DNA of 64,000 nt from Octopus vulgaris (taxonomy: Eukaryota): assembly GCA_951406725.2 (NCBI GenBank), contig OX597816.1:3224001-3288000 (forward strand), read 5' to 3'. Below, in pieces: positions 43,148-56,994 of this stretch. How positions within the stretch are numbered: position 1 is the first letter of the stretch; each line of letters starts with the position of its first letter. Under the pieces are notes generated by a model that saw only the letters and a program-made list of their open reading frames with translations, was not told the origin of the DNA and did not search any database. The position numbers and the translations under genes are program-made.

Positions 43148-43548
43148 ATGTTTGTGTGTCTGGGTTTGTCCCCCTAGCATTGCTTGACAACCGATGTTGG
43201 TGCGTTTAAGTCCCCGTTACTTAGCGGCTCGGCAAAAAAGACCGATACAGTAAGTACTAGTCTTACAAAGAATAAGTTTTGGGGTCGATTTATTCGACAA
43301 AAGCCGGTGCTCCAGCATGGCCACAGTCAAATGACTGAAGCAAGTAAAAGAAAAAATATACCTATATATATACATAGAACAGGCTTCTTTCAGTTTTCGC
43401 TTGTCAAATCCGCTCACAAGGCGTTGGTCGGCCCGAGAATATAGTAGAAGACACTTGCTCAAGGTGCCATGCGGTGGGACTGAACCTGGAAGCATGTGGT
43501 TGAAAGAAATAGGAAACGTCTTACCACGCAGCCATGCCTCCTGCGCCT
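42940..43548. mobile_element. SINE family B full copy (+, 42940-43352) and 5' half (-, 43375-43548)
   Basis: Head GGCGCAGGAGTGGCTGTGTGGTAAG with GGTTCAGTCC B box. Confidence 0.9.
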
Positions 43549-43807
43549 ATGAAAAAAGAAATTGAAAAGAAAGGAAATGAGACGAATATCGGTGACTGGT
43601 AAGTTTCAAACATTTAATTTGTTTGAGAAACAGACGACAAGAGAGAAACAGACGACAGTGTGTGTGTGTGTGTGTGTGTGATTTGCTTGAAAATCTATGC
43701 GCAAACTTTTTTGAAGAGCTGCGTTGCATGTATGATCGCATACGATGCGAGACCGACCAGGTTTGTTTTTGTATTCGACAATATTCAGTGTTCAGTGTTC
43801 AGTGTTC

Positions 43808-43841
<34 letters not shown>

Positions 43842-44712
43842 ACAACGGTTCTGTTGCCAGATGCTGGTACGCGTGCCTGGCAGCCGACAGAGGGAGGCAA
43901 CTAAAACGGGAGTTGTCGTCGCGTTCAAAAACGCGGGACCCTTTGCCTCTGTTTCTCTTTTCTTTTCTTTCTTTTTTTTTTTTTTACCTATGAATTAAGT
44001 ATTCGGGGCCCGAGAAATAATTAAAGAAATAAAGTACAAAGAAAGAAAAAAAACAAAACACTAACACATCTTCGTTCCTTTCACTCTCCCTTTTTTTTTT
44101 CCTTTCCCCTTCTCCTAATTGATAGATCTTCGATTATATTAGTTAATATTTGCCTGAGTCGTTATGAATAGTTTCGTAGCAGACATGGATGCTGTTAAAC
44201 AGCCCAATATACGGAGGCACGTGCCGCAGTCCAAAGCGAACACGCGACCGCTTGGCAGGAGCGACCGCTGCCGCCGCTGCTGCTGCTGCCCTGCCTACGA
44301 CGAAGAACCGTCGCGTTCGGCTTTCTTTTTACTTTCTCCGATTGTTTTCTTTCATAAGATAAGATAAAAAAAAAACTGAGTGTATGTGTGTGAGAGAGAG
44401 AGAAAGAGAATGAAAGAGAGAGTGTGTGTGTGTGTGTGTATTTATTATTTAACGACTAATCCATTAAGATGGAGAAATAATAACAACGGCAAACATCACT
44501 GAAGATAATAATAATAATAATATTAATGATAATAATAAGAACATTTACTACTGCCACAACAACAATAACAGAAACAACGATTTTGGACGGATTTTTACAA
44601 AAGACAAATAAAAGCGAGAAATGAGATTTTCTTTTTATTTCCATTTCGAAATACCCACCCACCCGCCCACCCGTCACTATTACAACAAACGCCACTAAGA
44701 CTACCGCCACCG

Positions 44713-44802
<90 letters not shown>

Positions 44803-45007
44803 TTACTACTACTACTACTACTACTACAATAACAAACAAGATGACGATCAAGCACACACCATACACACACACACACACATATATATATACTTAGACAGAA
44901 ATAAACACACACACACACACACAAGTATATACATATATGCATACATACATACATACATACATATATACATACAGAAGTATATATAAATATATATACCTTC
45001 CAATATA

Positions 45008-45069
<62 letters not shown>

Positions 45070-45092
45070 ATGTATATTTATATATGTATATT

Positions 45093-45127
<35 letters not shown>

Positions 45128-45483
45128 GTACACTCAGAAACACACACACACGTAGATAAATACACACACACACATACACGCACACACGCACACCACACAC
45201 ACATATACATATACACAGACACGCTAAGCGGTCTTAATTTCACTTCTGTCGTCTAGTTGCCATCTTGCGTCGTCTGGGAAGAACTTTAGGCTAATTTCAA
45301 AAAAACTTTGAGATTGCACACACGTGTAGAGACTTGTGCCACGCGAGATCCCCTTCCCGCCTTCCCTCCATCACACGCGTACATATACACGCAGGCACCA
45401 ATCTGCCATCTTTAAACAATGTCAAGCGACTATTAACTGCGATAGCCAACTTAGTTAAATATGTACATTACACACACACGCAC

Positions 45484-45534
<51 letters not shown>

Positions 45535-45889
45535 TATAAATATATATGTGAAAAAGTACGGTAAACACAAGGCACGGTTTTTATAATTTGTTCCCTACGT
45601 ATGTTTCACCATTGCGGTTCCTTGTATTTTCTGCATTCTATCCGTCTAACATAATGCAATAAAGTGTTCCCTTGATGAACTGTTGTGGTTTAGAACCCAA
45701 ATGATAAATGGAAACCTCATTGCAAAAGAAGCAAACAGTCTCAAGGATGAAACGTACGTAGGGCGAAAAGGATAGCAATTGCCTCCTGGGTTTATCATAA
45801 TTTTCTTTTTCTATTTTTTGGGTGTTTCTATCATTACTGGTCATGCTGATAAGTACTGTAACATCCACACTACTTCACCGTGAAGATTT

Positions 45890-46058
45890 GCGTTCTGAGT
45901 TCAAATCCCGCCGAGGTAGACTTTGCCTTTCATCCTTTCGGGGTCGATAAATTAAGTACCAGTTACGCACTGAGGTCGATGTAATCGACTTAATCCGTTT
46001 GTCTGTCCTTGTTTGTCCCCTCTATGTTTAGCCCCTTGTGGTTAGTAAAGAAATAGAT
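45890..46058 (+). mobile_element. SINE family A, 5'-truncated
   Basis: CGTTCTGAGTTCAAATC...GCCTTTCATCCTTTCGGGGTCGATAAATTAAGTACC. Confidence 0.85.
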
Positions 46059-46379
46059 AAATCTATGGGTAAGTACGTTTATGAAGAAAATCCTCGCATA
46101 ATTCTTCCCCCATTTCCAAGTAGATTATATTTCAAGAGCTCAGCGTAAGGAACAAATACATTCATAAAAAGAAGGAAATAAAATATCAAAAAAATATGCA
46201 TCCATGCATACATACATACATGAATACATACATACACACATACATACATACATACATACATACATACATGCATGCATACAAACACACATACATACATGCA
46301 TACATACACACATACATACATGCATATACATCCATCCATCCATCCATCCATCCATACATACACACATACATTCACACGA

Positions 46380-46712
46380 AGGCGCATGGCTCAGTGGTTA
46401 GAGCGTCGAGCTTACGATCGTGAGGTTGTGAGCTCGAATCCCGGACCGGGCTGCGTGTTGTGTTCTTGAGCAAGGCACTTTATTTCACGTTGCTCCAGTT
46501 CACTCAGCTGTAGAAATGAGTTGCGACGTCACAGGTGCCAAGCTGTATCGACCTTTGTCTTTCCCTTGGATAACACTGGTGGCGTGAAGAGGGGAGGCTG
46601 GTATGCATGGGCGACTGCTGGTCTTCCATAAACAACCTTGCCCGGACTTGTGTCTAGGAGGGTAACTTTCTAGGTGCAATCCCATGGTCATTCATGACCG
46701 AAGGGGGTCTTT
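46380..46712 (+). mobile_element. Full-length tRNA-derived SINE (family D)
   Basis: A box TGGCTCAGTGG, GAGCTCGAATCC B box, CTTGAGCAAGGCACTTTATTTCACGTTGCTCCAGTTCACTCAGCTG domain, tail running into (CATA)n. Confidence 0.85.
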
Positions 46713-47261
46713 TACATACATGCATACATACATACATATATACATGCATACATACACACATACATACATACATGCATACATACATACATACATACATACA
46801 TACATACATACATACATACATACATACACACATATACACAGACACGTATACATATGCACACGCACACACATTGTGTGCCGGTGCTTGTTTATGTTTGTTT
46901 TAAAGATGTCCGCTTGGTGTATTTTCAGAGGAGAAAAGTCAACGGGCACAACACACTGCTTTTGCTGAGAGTGATGTAATGGCCATAATGCCTGGCAACC
47001 GGAAGTCTAGCTAATTAATCAATCAAAAGCTAAAATACGGAAAAAGAAAAAGGAAAAAAATAGAACATTAAAGAAAAGAAAAAACCAAGCTGAAAGAACA
47101 ATAGATAGATGAAAAAAAGTATTTTAATTTAATTAATGACCAAATTTATTTTGAAATCAAACTTACTGAAACAAATACAGATTTGGACAAACTCTAAAAA
47201 AACCCCATTCATAGAATTAGTAACAACTTTTCGCTGTAAATATATTTTTAAAAATACTTAA

Positions 47262-47429
47262 GAAGGAGTGGCTGCGTGGTAAGTAGCTTGCTAACCAACC
47301 ACATGGTTGCGGGTTCAGTCCCACAGCGTGGCATCTTGGGCAAGTGTCTTCTGCTATAGCCCCGGGCCGACCAATGCCTTGTGAGTGGATTTGGTAGACA
47401 GAAACTGAAAGAAGCCTGTCGTATATATG

Positions 47430-47462
<33 letters not shown>

Positions 47463-47670
47463 TTGTGTGTCTGGTTTTGTCCCCCTAGCATTGCTTGACA
47501 ACCGATGCTGGTGTGTTTACGTCCTCGGCAAAAGAGACCGATAGAATAAGTACCGGGCTTACAAAAGAATAAGTCCCGGGGTCGATTTGCTCGACTAAAG
47601 GCGGTGCTCCGGCATGGCCGCAGTCAAATGACTGAAACAAGTAAAAAGAGAGAGTAAAAGAGTAAAAGAG
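47262..47670 (+). mobile_element. Full-length SINE family B
   Basis: Matches 42940-43352. Confidence 0.9.
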
Positions 47671-48249
47671 TAAGATTAAGGGTCGTGTGTTGTCAGATGA
47701 GAACATCTTATGCTTTAGCACGTCTCTGCTGTTTCGGGTTTTCCATTTCACTTTATATTCTCTCGTTTTTGTTTATGCAGAAGGCCGGTCCTGGATGTAT
47801 AATCTCGCTACAAGACAGGGCATGGTGCAGATATAATGGGGAGTGATTTATACGAACTGAAAGAATTATTTTTGTAACGATGTAGTACTATAGAGTAAGA
47901 GGTGGGGGTCACTTACAGGAGAGGCGAAATTGGAAATCAGTGTCAATTTAATATCATTAAAACAATGGTGGATTGGTAGAAGCATTAGTGCGTCGAACCA
48001 AATGCCATGTGATATTTATTGCAGTTCTACGATTGATGAAAGACCAGCTTTGACTTTCATCAATCGATAAAATAATGTACCAGTCAAATACTGGGGTTCA
48101 TGTAATCAACTCCTTAAAACAGCTTATTTTGTACTTTAATTAGCAGCAAATTTATGTCACTGATGGTTTTGGAAGGAAGTAATGAACGTCACAACCTCTT
48201 GCTTATCTTTGGATAATATGAGACATGTTTTTCTAAGAAGGAAAAATAT

Positions 48250-49205
48250 AGACGCAGGCAAGGTCACGTGGTGGGGAAACTCACTTTGCAGTCACGTGGT
48301 TTCGGGTTCAGTCTCACTGCGCGGCACCTCGGGCAAATAACTTCTACTACTGCGCTGGGTCATCAATGTCTTGTGAGTGAATATGATTGAAGGAAACTGC
48401 GTGGAAACCCGTCAGATATGTTTACATGTACATATATGCGAGCGTATGCTTGTTTTTGTTCCCTTACACACACCACATGACAACCGGTGCTGGTTTGTTT
48501 ATGTCCCCGTATCTTCGTTGTTCGGCAAAGAACAACCGATAGAAGAAATATTAGACATAAGTCCTGGGGTCGATTTCTTCGACTAAAATTCTTCAAGGCG
48601 CTGCTCCAGTGTGACCGCAGTCCAATAGCTGAAACAAGTAAAAATAAAAATAAAATTATAATAAATAAATAAATAAATAAATAAAACTGATTATTTCAGT
48701 ATCTCACGTTTGCGTGTTCAAATCCCCAGGGGGATGAAATTCGTGTCTTTATAAATGTAATGTGGCGCGCAGTGGAATGTTAAACATATGTAAATAGACC
48801 TTGTTATTCTCTCCGGGCGAAGAATAGAAAAGGACATTGTTGAGATTTGTTTTACGGCGCATCAGAGGACAACCGCATCCGCTTCTTAACTCCTTCGCTG
48901 GCGGAGAAGGCTTAAAGCTCATTGCAATTAAGACAAACAGAAACAAGAAATGAGATGTGATTTTGTGACACTATTGGCTTTTTTGTTTCTTTCATTTGAT
49001 TGCGACCATGCTGGGGCACCATCTTGAAGAGCTTTGAATGAATCGACTTAAGTACTCTTTTAAGCCTGGTACTAATCCGCTCACAAGGCTTTGATCTGCC
49101 CGAGGCTATAGTAGAAGACACTTGCCCAAGGTGCCACACAGTGGGACTGGGCCCGCAACTATGTGGTTGGAAGCAAACCTCTTTCTTATCATGCAGCCAC
49201 GCCTG
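48250..49205. mobile_element. Older SINE family B copies (+ 48250-48650; - 48980-49205)
   Basis: Diverged matches to the family B head and tail. Confidence 0.7.
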
Positions 49206-50498
49206 TACCTGCGTTGGTCGACAAGAACTTACGTTGTACCAAAATCCAAGACTTTATGACAAAAAGGGAGGAACATGGCTGAGGCGTCTTGGCATAACCG
49301 GTTTGGCGCTGCCTATTTGGCGACGCTGATTTAAAGCTGGCTTATTTCGCATCAGGCATTTTGATGCTTCTGCCGCTCTCTCTCTCTCTCTCTGCTTCTC
49401 TCTGTCTCTCTTTCTTTCCCCCTCCTTCCCCCTCTCTCCCTCGCTGTTTCCCTTTCTCATTCTTTCTATCTCTACGTGTATATCTCTGTGTGTGAGTGTG
49501 CATACTTGTGTTTGCCGTTCACATTAAGAATCCCTGTTGTCAAAACAGGCCGAATGTCTAGTCAACCGCGCCAAATAGTCAGCATTTAAACAGCCGCGCC
49601 CAAACGCCTCATTCGGATGTTCATGCTTTCCCAAAAGGCGTTAGCGGCCTAATTGAAACAGGTGTGGTTGAAACCTGAAACCAGGGAACGGACTCACCTT
49701 ACAAGATGTTTGCGGCCCATTGTCCTGCACCACTTGTACCGATATTTTAGCTGAACTAAATGACCTCGTCCGCAATGACCCGAGATTAATTTTCTCTTTG
49801 TCTTGTTTATTTCTGTTAAAAAAAAAAAAAACGAAAAAAAGAAATTGAAACAATATTGTTTTGAAGAAGGTGAAGTCTAACCGAGTTGATCTTAAACCGG
49901 GTTTCGATTCTTATCTCAAACAGAGCAGATATGATAAGGGTTGTAACAGGTTATAACAGGTGTGAAGGGTTTTGTAAAAGTTGCACGAGACGATAACTGT
50001 AGCAAACAATGAAAGGAAAAAATATATATATATAAGTAGATGGGTAGCGACTGCGAGAGATGGGTGGGTGGATGGATGGATGGGTAGAAAGAAATAGGCA
50101 GACAGACATATCGATAGATTAGTAGATAAATATAAATGGGGAGATGAATAGATGGAGATGGATGGGTGGATAGAAATAGATAGACAGATCGATATATAAA
50201 CAGGTAGATTGATTGATAGATAGGTAGATAGATAAATATTACATATATAGAAAATAAATATAGATAAATAGATGGAGATGGATGGATGAATAGATGAATG
50301 AATAGATACATAGGTACAAAATAGATCGAGATAGATACAGAGAAATATATAGATAGGTGGATAGATAGATAGATAGAGAGATAGATAGAGAGATAGATAG
50401 AGAGATAGAAAGAGAGACAAATAGGTAGACAGATAGATAAATAGATAGATATATAAATAGGTAATTAGATGGATAGATAGACAGACAGACAGACAGAC

Positions 50499-50547
<49 letters not shown>

Positions 50548-50578
50548 TATATATAGATAGATAGATAGACAGACAGAC

Positions 50579-50650
<72 letters not shown>

Positions 50651-50731
50651 GGATAGAGATAGAGAAACAGATAGACTGGGATAGATAGATTACTAAACAA
50701 CTTAAAGGAAGTGTCTGTACAAATTGAAATA

Positions 50732-50786
<55 letters not shown>

Positions 50787-50876
50787 GGAGTATGAGGAAG
50801 TGGAAGGAAGAGGGAAGAGATTTCGGGAGAGCAAAGTAAGACGATCGTCAGCGAAAGACCAAGTTTTGGCTGCGGG

Positions 50877-50896
50877 ATTCAGTGATGCGTGAAGTT
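50877..50896 (-). promoter_or_regulatory. Pax6 paired-domain consensus site
   Basis: Minus strand AACTTCACGCATCACTGAAT fits ANNTTCACGCWTSANTKMNY at every position. Confidence 0.5.
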
Positions 50897-52023
50897 TGTA
50901 TTGAAGTTAAAACCGTGAAGTTTATTTGACATTTTTTCTCTGTTGTTTTGTTCGTGGCACGACTCATTGGCCCCTGTTGGTGTCAATAGGGGGTCCACCT
51001 CTTGAACTGGCATCACCTAAACAGAAGAGATCTAATTATTATTAGCAGGATTATAGCCCACACACCACCTCTCCCAAACCTACACCTACCACAGTCACCG
51101 CTAACAACAACAACAACAACAACAACAACAGCAGCAGCAGCAACAACAACAACAACAACAGCAACAACAACAACAACAACAACAACAGCAACAACAACAA
51201 ATGGAAACAGTCGAGCCATCACAATCACAATTGCCGGATTGTACGTCATGTCTTCGTTGTCTGTCATCACTTTAGAAGGTATGTCGTTAGCACCGCCACC
51301 GCCACCACCACCGCCACCACCGCCACCACCACCACCACCACCACCACCGCCACCACCAACAGCACCAGCACCAGCACCACCACCACCACAAGTAGTAATA
51401 GTAGTAGTAGCAGTGTCATTAACCAAAAGCACTTCTGACACCAACGGAACCTTGTCAGGAATACAATCACTAACGTCACCGTCAAACCAGCCATGACCAC
51501 CACCACCAACAACACCAACCTCACGACGACGACAACGACGACCGCTACCACACCTACTCAGATCCCTAAGGACCTACTTGATACCAGAAGTCCTCCCTAC
51601 TAGCACCCAACTACCGACCCCATTTAATTCTCGAACACAGACAATACCACCGCTTTCACTTACTTACTCTTCATTAAGCTTAATTGCTAATTACTCTTGT
51701 TTATTCCCCTTTATATTTGTTGTTCTTTCTATTTACCTTCTTTTCTCCGGTCCTTTAACCCCGCTCCACCCAACGTTTCTTTCCTCTTCTTCCTCCAGCA
51801 GTAAGTTAAAACCTCTCTCTCTCTCGGCGGTCATCAAGTACAGTTTTATCGCCTGTCACGATTCATCTCGAACTTTCTCGGTCACACACTTTTATGAGGG
51901 GTGCAAGGAACAACGACAATTTAAAACAATAACGTATCCTTTCCTGATGACGTTTTGGCAGATTCGGACCTGAATGTCCGACTGCTGTTCGTTTTCGCCA
52001 TCGGAGAACATCTCCCTTTTTAC

Positions 52024-52653
52024 CAGTGGTTCTCAGTTGGGGTCCATATAAAATTCTGGTTATATTCCTACAATATGCTAAATATCTTAATTTTTTTTAA
52101 ACAATTCCTAAACATATTTACTTGTTACTTAGATTACTTAGATAAGTTTCGGCCGAAGATGGCCCAGGCTATGTCTAATTCAATAGCACCACCTGGAAGA
52201 GATACACAGTCAGCTCTTTTGCACCGTAGCCCATTTGGGTGTGGGTGGTTTGTCTTGTTTTTGTTGGAGCTAATCGTCTAGGAGGGACCGTTTGAATGCT
52301 GTGCAATCACTTTCGTCCTTTATGTTGGTTGGCACGATGTTGAAGAGAGTAGGACCAGTTGAGGTGAAATAGTTCTGTCGTAGTATTGTGATATGATACG
52401 AACATGATTTCTGTAGTGGACGGATGGCACCTCAGCCAAGCCTCGGATGAATTTTAAAGATGATACATATATCATTTGGGCAATGTCGATGGAATATTTT
52501 CCACACCATACAAAAGATATAGCGCAGACGGCGGCGTTGGAGGGAGCAATTACTAAACTTCAATAGGAGTTTTTAAAACCATCGAATGGCCATGAAGTCC
52601 CAGGAGAGTAAAAGGGGAATGAAATAAATAAAATCAGAGGTTGAGAACTTCTG
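52024..52653. mobile_element. hAT-Charlie-like MITE split by a CR1-like LINE fragment
   Basis: Left CAGTGGTTCTCA, right GTTGAGAACTTCTG; internal sequence similar to 57055-57273; no clean TSD. Confidence 0.55.
52135..52548 (-). mobile_element. CR1/L2-like LINE 3' fragment
   Basis: SLQRRRLRYIFCMVWKIF...HPRLG...YFTSTGPTLFNIVPTNIK...FKRSL on the minus strand. Confidence 0.75.
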
Positions 52654-52671
52654 ATTTAGACAATATATACT

Positions 52672-53058
52672 CTTTACTCTTTTTACTTGTTTCAGTCATT
52701 TGACTGCGGCCATGCTGGAGCACCGCCTTTAGTCGAGCAAATCGACCCCGGGACTTATTCTTTGTAAGCCCAGTACTTATTCTATCGGTCTGTTTTGCCG
52801 AACTGCTAAGTGACGGGGACGTAAACACACCAGCATCGGTTGTCAAGCAATGCTAGGGGGACAAACACACACACATACATATATATATATACATATATAC
52901 GACAGGCTTCTTTCAGTTTCCGTCTACCAAATCCACTCACGAGGCATTGGTCGGCCCGGGGCTATAGCAGAAGACACTTGCCCAAGGTCCCACGCAGTGG
53001 GACTGAACCCAGAACCATGTGGTTGGTTAGCAAGCTACTTACCACACAGCCACTCCTA
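52672..53058 (-). mobile_element. Full-length SINE family B
   Basis: Near-identical to 42085-42488. Confidence 0.9.
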
Positions 53059-53480
53059 TGTTGTTGTTTGTTATCTTCTTTTGATTTTACTATTTTCTGT
53101 TATCCTCAACAAGTGCCCTTGTTGTTGTTGTTGTTGCTGTTGCTATTGTTGTCATCAGCAATTGTCATCTTGTGGATACTTATAGTGACAGCGGCACAAC
53201 AACACCCAATCTGTGCCTCTTCTCCGCCCTGTAACGGTAAAGATTTCTCTTAACAGGGACTGCGTATGGGAAGGATTAAGAATAAAGGAAAAAGGAGAAG
53301 GAGGAGAAAAGTAGAAGGAGGAGGATGGGAGGATGGGAGGATGGGAGGATCGGGTTATTGTCTTCCTGAAGAGCATCACTTTCTTTATAATCTCTGAAGA
53401 CACGTGGTTGAAATAATAATACACGGTGATCCCTTTCACCTTTACCCTAACAACAACTGCAGCAACAATAAAAACAACAG

Positions 53481-53511
<31 letters not shown>

Positions 53512-54118
53512 CCGAAAACCCGCCCGCCTGGCCACGTGTGCCGCTGTGTGGGTATGTTTGTATACGAACATTGGTGGTGGACGTGTATATATGTACGTAT
53601 GCATTATGTATGTATGTATGTATGTATGTATGTATGTATGTATGTATGTATGTATGTATGTATGTATGTATGTATGTATGTATGTATGTATGTATGTATG
53701 TATGTATGTATGTATGTATGTATGTATGTATGTATGTAGGTATGTATGTATGTACGCACGCATGTATATATGTATGTCTATATATATGAGAATCTGTGAG
53801 TATGTATGAGTAAAGAGTTAGTGAATACAAGAGTGACATGTGACCCGTGGCGAGAGGCACGTGTCGCCAGTTAACCTGTTCAAATTCCGATAGTCAACAA
53901 AGCACACGCGCCAATACAACCGCCCCCCATACACACATACGCCCGCACATACAAAGAACCAACCAACATATACAAAACCCCTCTCCCTCCCTCTCTCTCT
54001 CCCTCACACACACACACACACCTATACATCATGTCCTCACACACATCGACGCCCACACACAAATACATCCAGAAGCACCGATACACTCACAGTGTGAATG
54101 GTAATAAAAATTACTTGT

Positions 54119-54158
54119 GGATAATAATAATAATAATGATAATAATAATAATAATAAC

Positions 54159-54199
<41 letters not shown>

Positions 54200-54528
54200 C
54201 AACAATAATAATAATAATAATAATAATGATAATAATAATAATAATAACAATAATAATAATAATAACAATAATAATAACAACAATAATAATAATAATAATA
54301 ATAATAACAACAATAATAATAATAATAATAATAATAATAGTGATGATGATGATGATAATAATAATAATAATAACGATAATAATAATAACAATGATAACGA
54401 CAATAATAATAATAACAATAATAATAATGGTAATAATAATAATAATAACAATAATAATAATAACAATAATAACAATAATAATACTAACAATAATAATAAT
54501 AACAATAATAATAATAATAATAATAACG

Positions 54529-54565
<37 letters not shown>

Positions 54566-54692
54566 TGATGATGATGATAATAATGATAATAATAATAATA
54601 ATGTAATAATAATAATATTAATAGTAATAATAATAATAGTAATAATAATAGTAATGATAATAGTAACAATAGTAATGATAATAATAATAATG

Positions 54693-54724
<32 letters not shown>

Positions 54725-54738
54725 AAGAAGAAGAAGAA

Positions 54739-54785
<47 letters not shown>

Positions 54786-54812
54786 AGAAGAAGAAGAAGA
54801 AAGAAAGAAAGA
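54119..54812. repeat. About 600-bp (TAA/CAA/TGA)n array followed by (GAA)n
   Basis: Direct reading. Confidence 0.95.
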
Positions 54813-55430
54813 AAGAATTACATCAAATACAGAATAGACAACACATCAGAAAGTGATAAGTGCTGAATCTGTGGACAAAATGGTGAAACCGTATGGCATA
54901 TTAACAGTCAACGTGTGCCACTAGCCCAGAAAGAATATAAGAGATTTTATGACAATATAGCAAGGATTGTCCATTGGACATTTTGCAACAAGTATGGAGT
55001 TGACAGAGCAAAAAATTGGTACGACCATAAACCCGAAGGCATCATCGAAAATGAAAATGCAATGTTGTTATTATTGTTATTTATGATTCAGTGCGACCAT
55101 AAGATAGAAAATAGGAAACCAGACGTCATGCTAATTGAGAAAGAAAACAAACGATGCTGGATTATAGATGTAGCGTGCCCAGCTAACAACAAGATATGCG
55201 AAAAGGAAGAAAGAAAAGTCGATAGATATGAGAGGTTAGCTTGGTAGGTTAAACAATTGTGGTCGATGAAAAAGGTGGTAGTAGTACCAATAATTGTCGG
55301 AGCCCTGGGAACAGTGAGTAAAAATCTTGAGAAGTACATGGAACAAATAGGGGCTGCAATAAGGTTGGATCACTTGCAGAAAACAGCACTGCTTGGAACT
55401 ACACGAATACTCCTGGAAGGTGCTCGAAAA
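54813..55430 (+). mobile_element. R4/Dong-clade LINE 3' fragment (CCHC plus restriction-like endonuclease)
   Basis: DKC*ICGQNGETVWHI..LAQKEYK..DNIARIVHW..WYDHKP..RKPDV..IIDVACP..K..RY..LA..VVPIIVGALG..LQKTALLGT.RIL; two in-frame stops. Confidence 0.85.
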
Positions 55431-55431
55431 A

Positions 55432-55640
55432 TACCTTAAATCCTCGAGTATAATCCGCATTTTCCCCCAAAAAATTTAAAGGTCAAAATCCCTAGTGCAT
55501 ATTATACACGAGGTTAAAAATGAAAATTATTTTCTAAGCAATGTTCGAGTCTCTATTTGCTGTCCGGCAATGTTTATTCAGACGCATTTTGTGATGTCGG
55601 ATGCGAAAATACTTTCGTATTCTTAGTATTCTTCGAAAAT
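55432..55640. mobile_element. Tc2/pogo-like DNA transposon end
   Basis: TA|CCTTAAATCCTCGAGTATAATCCGCA with internal inverted copy TGCATATTATACACGAGG; second TIR not found. Confidence 0.45.
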
Positions 55641-55879
55641 TCCACATTAACGTCTGCAAGAAGAAAGATTAGCGTGAAGAGATAAATTCTATATTCCACT
55701 AGATTTTAAGAAGAATGCGCGAGGAAAGCGAATTTCGTGAAAGTAAAAAGGGTTTTCCATTCAATTTTGCCAGTGCTTTCAGAAGGGGAGGAGGGACCTG
55801 GAGAACGACTGCAGTTTTATGCAATTATGACAGCTTCATATTTTAAAATATTCTATAAAACTCTTTATATGAATTAATA

Positions 55880-55929
<50 letters not shown>

Positions 55930-55990
55930 TGTGTGTGTGAGTGCGTGCGTGTGTAAACGTTTGCGCGCGGGCGCGTGTGTGTATGTGTGC

Positions 55991-56057
<67 letters not shown>

Positions 56058-56294
56058 CTGAATTCAATATTATCAGATATCACAAAACTCAAAGTGATAG
56101 CATGTTGTCAACTTAACGTGACAGTCCCATGAAAGGGAAGAATGCTACTGTTATTTAGCCCTGGGAAACATCATTTCCTGAGTCCTTGTGTTTTGATTGT
56201 AATCACCCCATTTTGAATTATATGGATAATATCATATTAAATTCTGGTGCCTTTAACTTAAGTACCATATTCAACTGAATCTAAATTTACTGAA

Positions 56295-56328
<34 letters not shown>

Positions 56329-56561
56329 AATGCATATACACAAGAATATGTATACAGCTATATAAACACAACAACGTGTACAGAACTGCATTTTCAGTTA
56401 TTCAGCATCTTTATCATTAAGCGTTCAGCTTCTCTGGCGAGTCTCATGGCTAACCTCTGCAGTAACCGACACTGTGTGCGATGTGTATGAGCATGTATGT
56501 ATGTGTTTGGGTGCATACATGTGTTCGTGTGTGCATGTGTACTCACACACACACACACACA

Positions 56562-56599
<38 letters not shown>

Positions 56600-56994
56600 G
56601 CAATTTCTCGTTTGACAGTTTCCCGCTTTAATGATGTCCATTTTTAATTGTCAAAATAAAAAAAATTCAAAACTTAATTGCAGAAACTAAGTGCTCAAAA
56701 TTCATAATGGCTGCTTTAAAGAATCAATTAGCTCCGTGTGCATCGCTAATATACGGGTGGGTGTTTGTTCATTCAACCACCCGTTTTGTTAGTTTGTTGA
56801 TGTCGTGTGTGTTTAATGTGTTCCCAATGTCCAAAGTTTTCAGTGAATTCCGTCTTTTAACGGACCAAAGCAATAAAAAAACCAGCCCAGTGCCAACTGA
56901 TATCGGCATAATCTAATGACCTGGTGAAGTACCATAGTTAAAATATTTCAAGCAAAAATAATCTTTGTTTCTATCACCTGTGTCTTTTATCTTA

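Noticed and set aside
51002-51496. Thr/Pro-rich mucin- or formin-like ORF
   Set aside because: Built from CAA, CAG and CCA trinucleotide repeats, with no ATG start and no convincing exon boundaries.
53394-53420. CTGAAGA...GAAA string
   Set aside because: No credible stem I or III.
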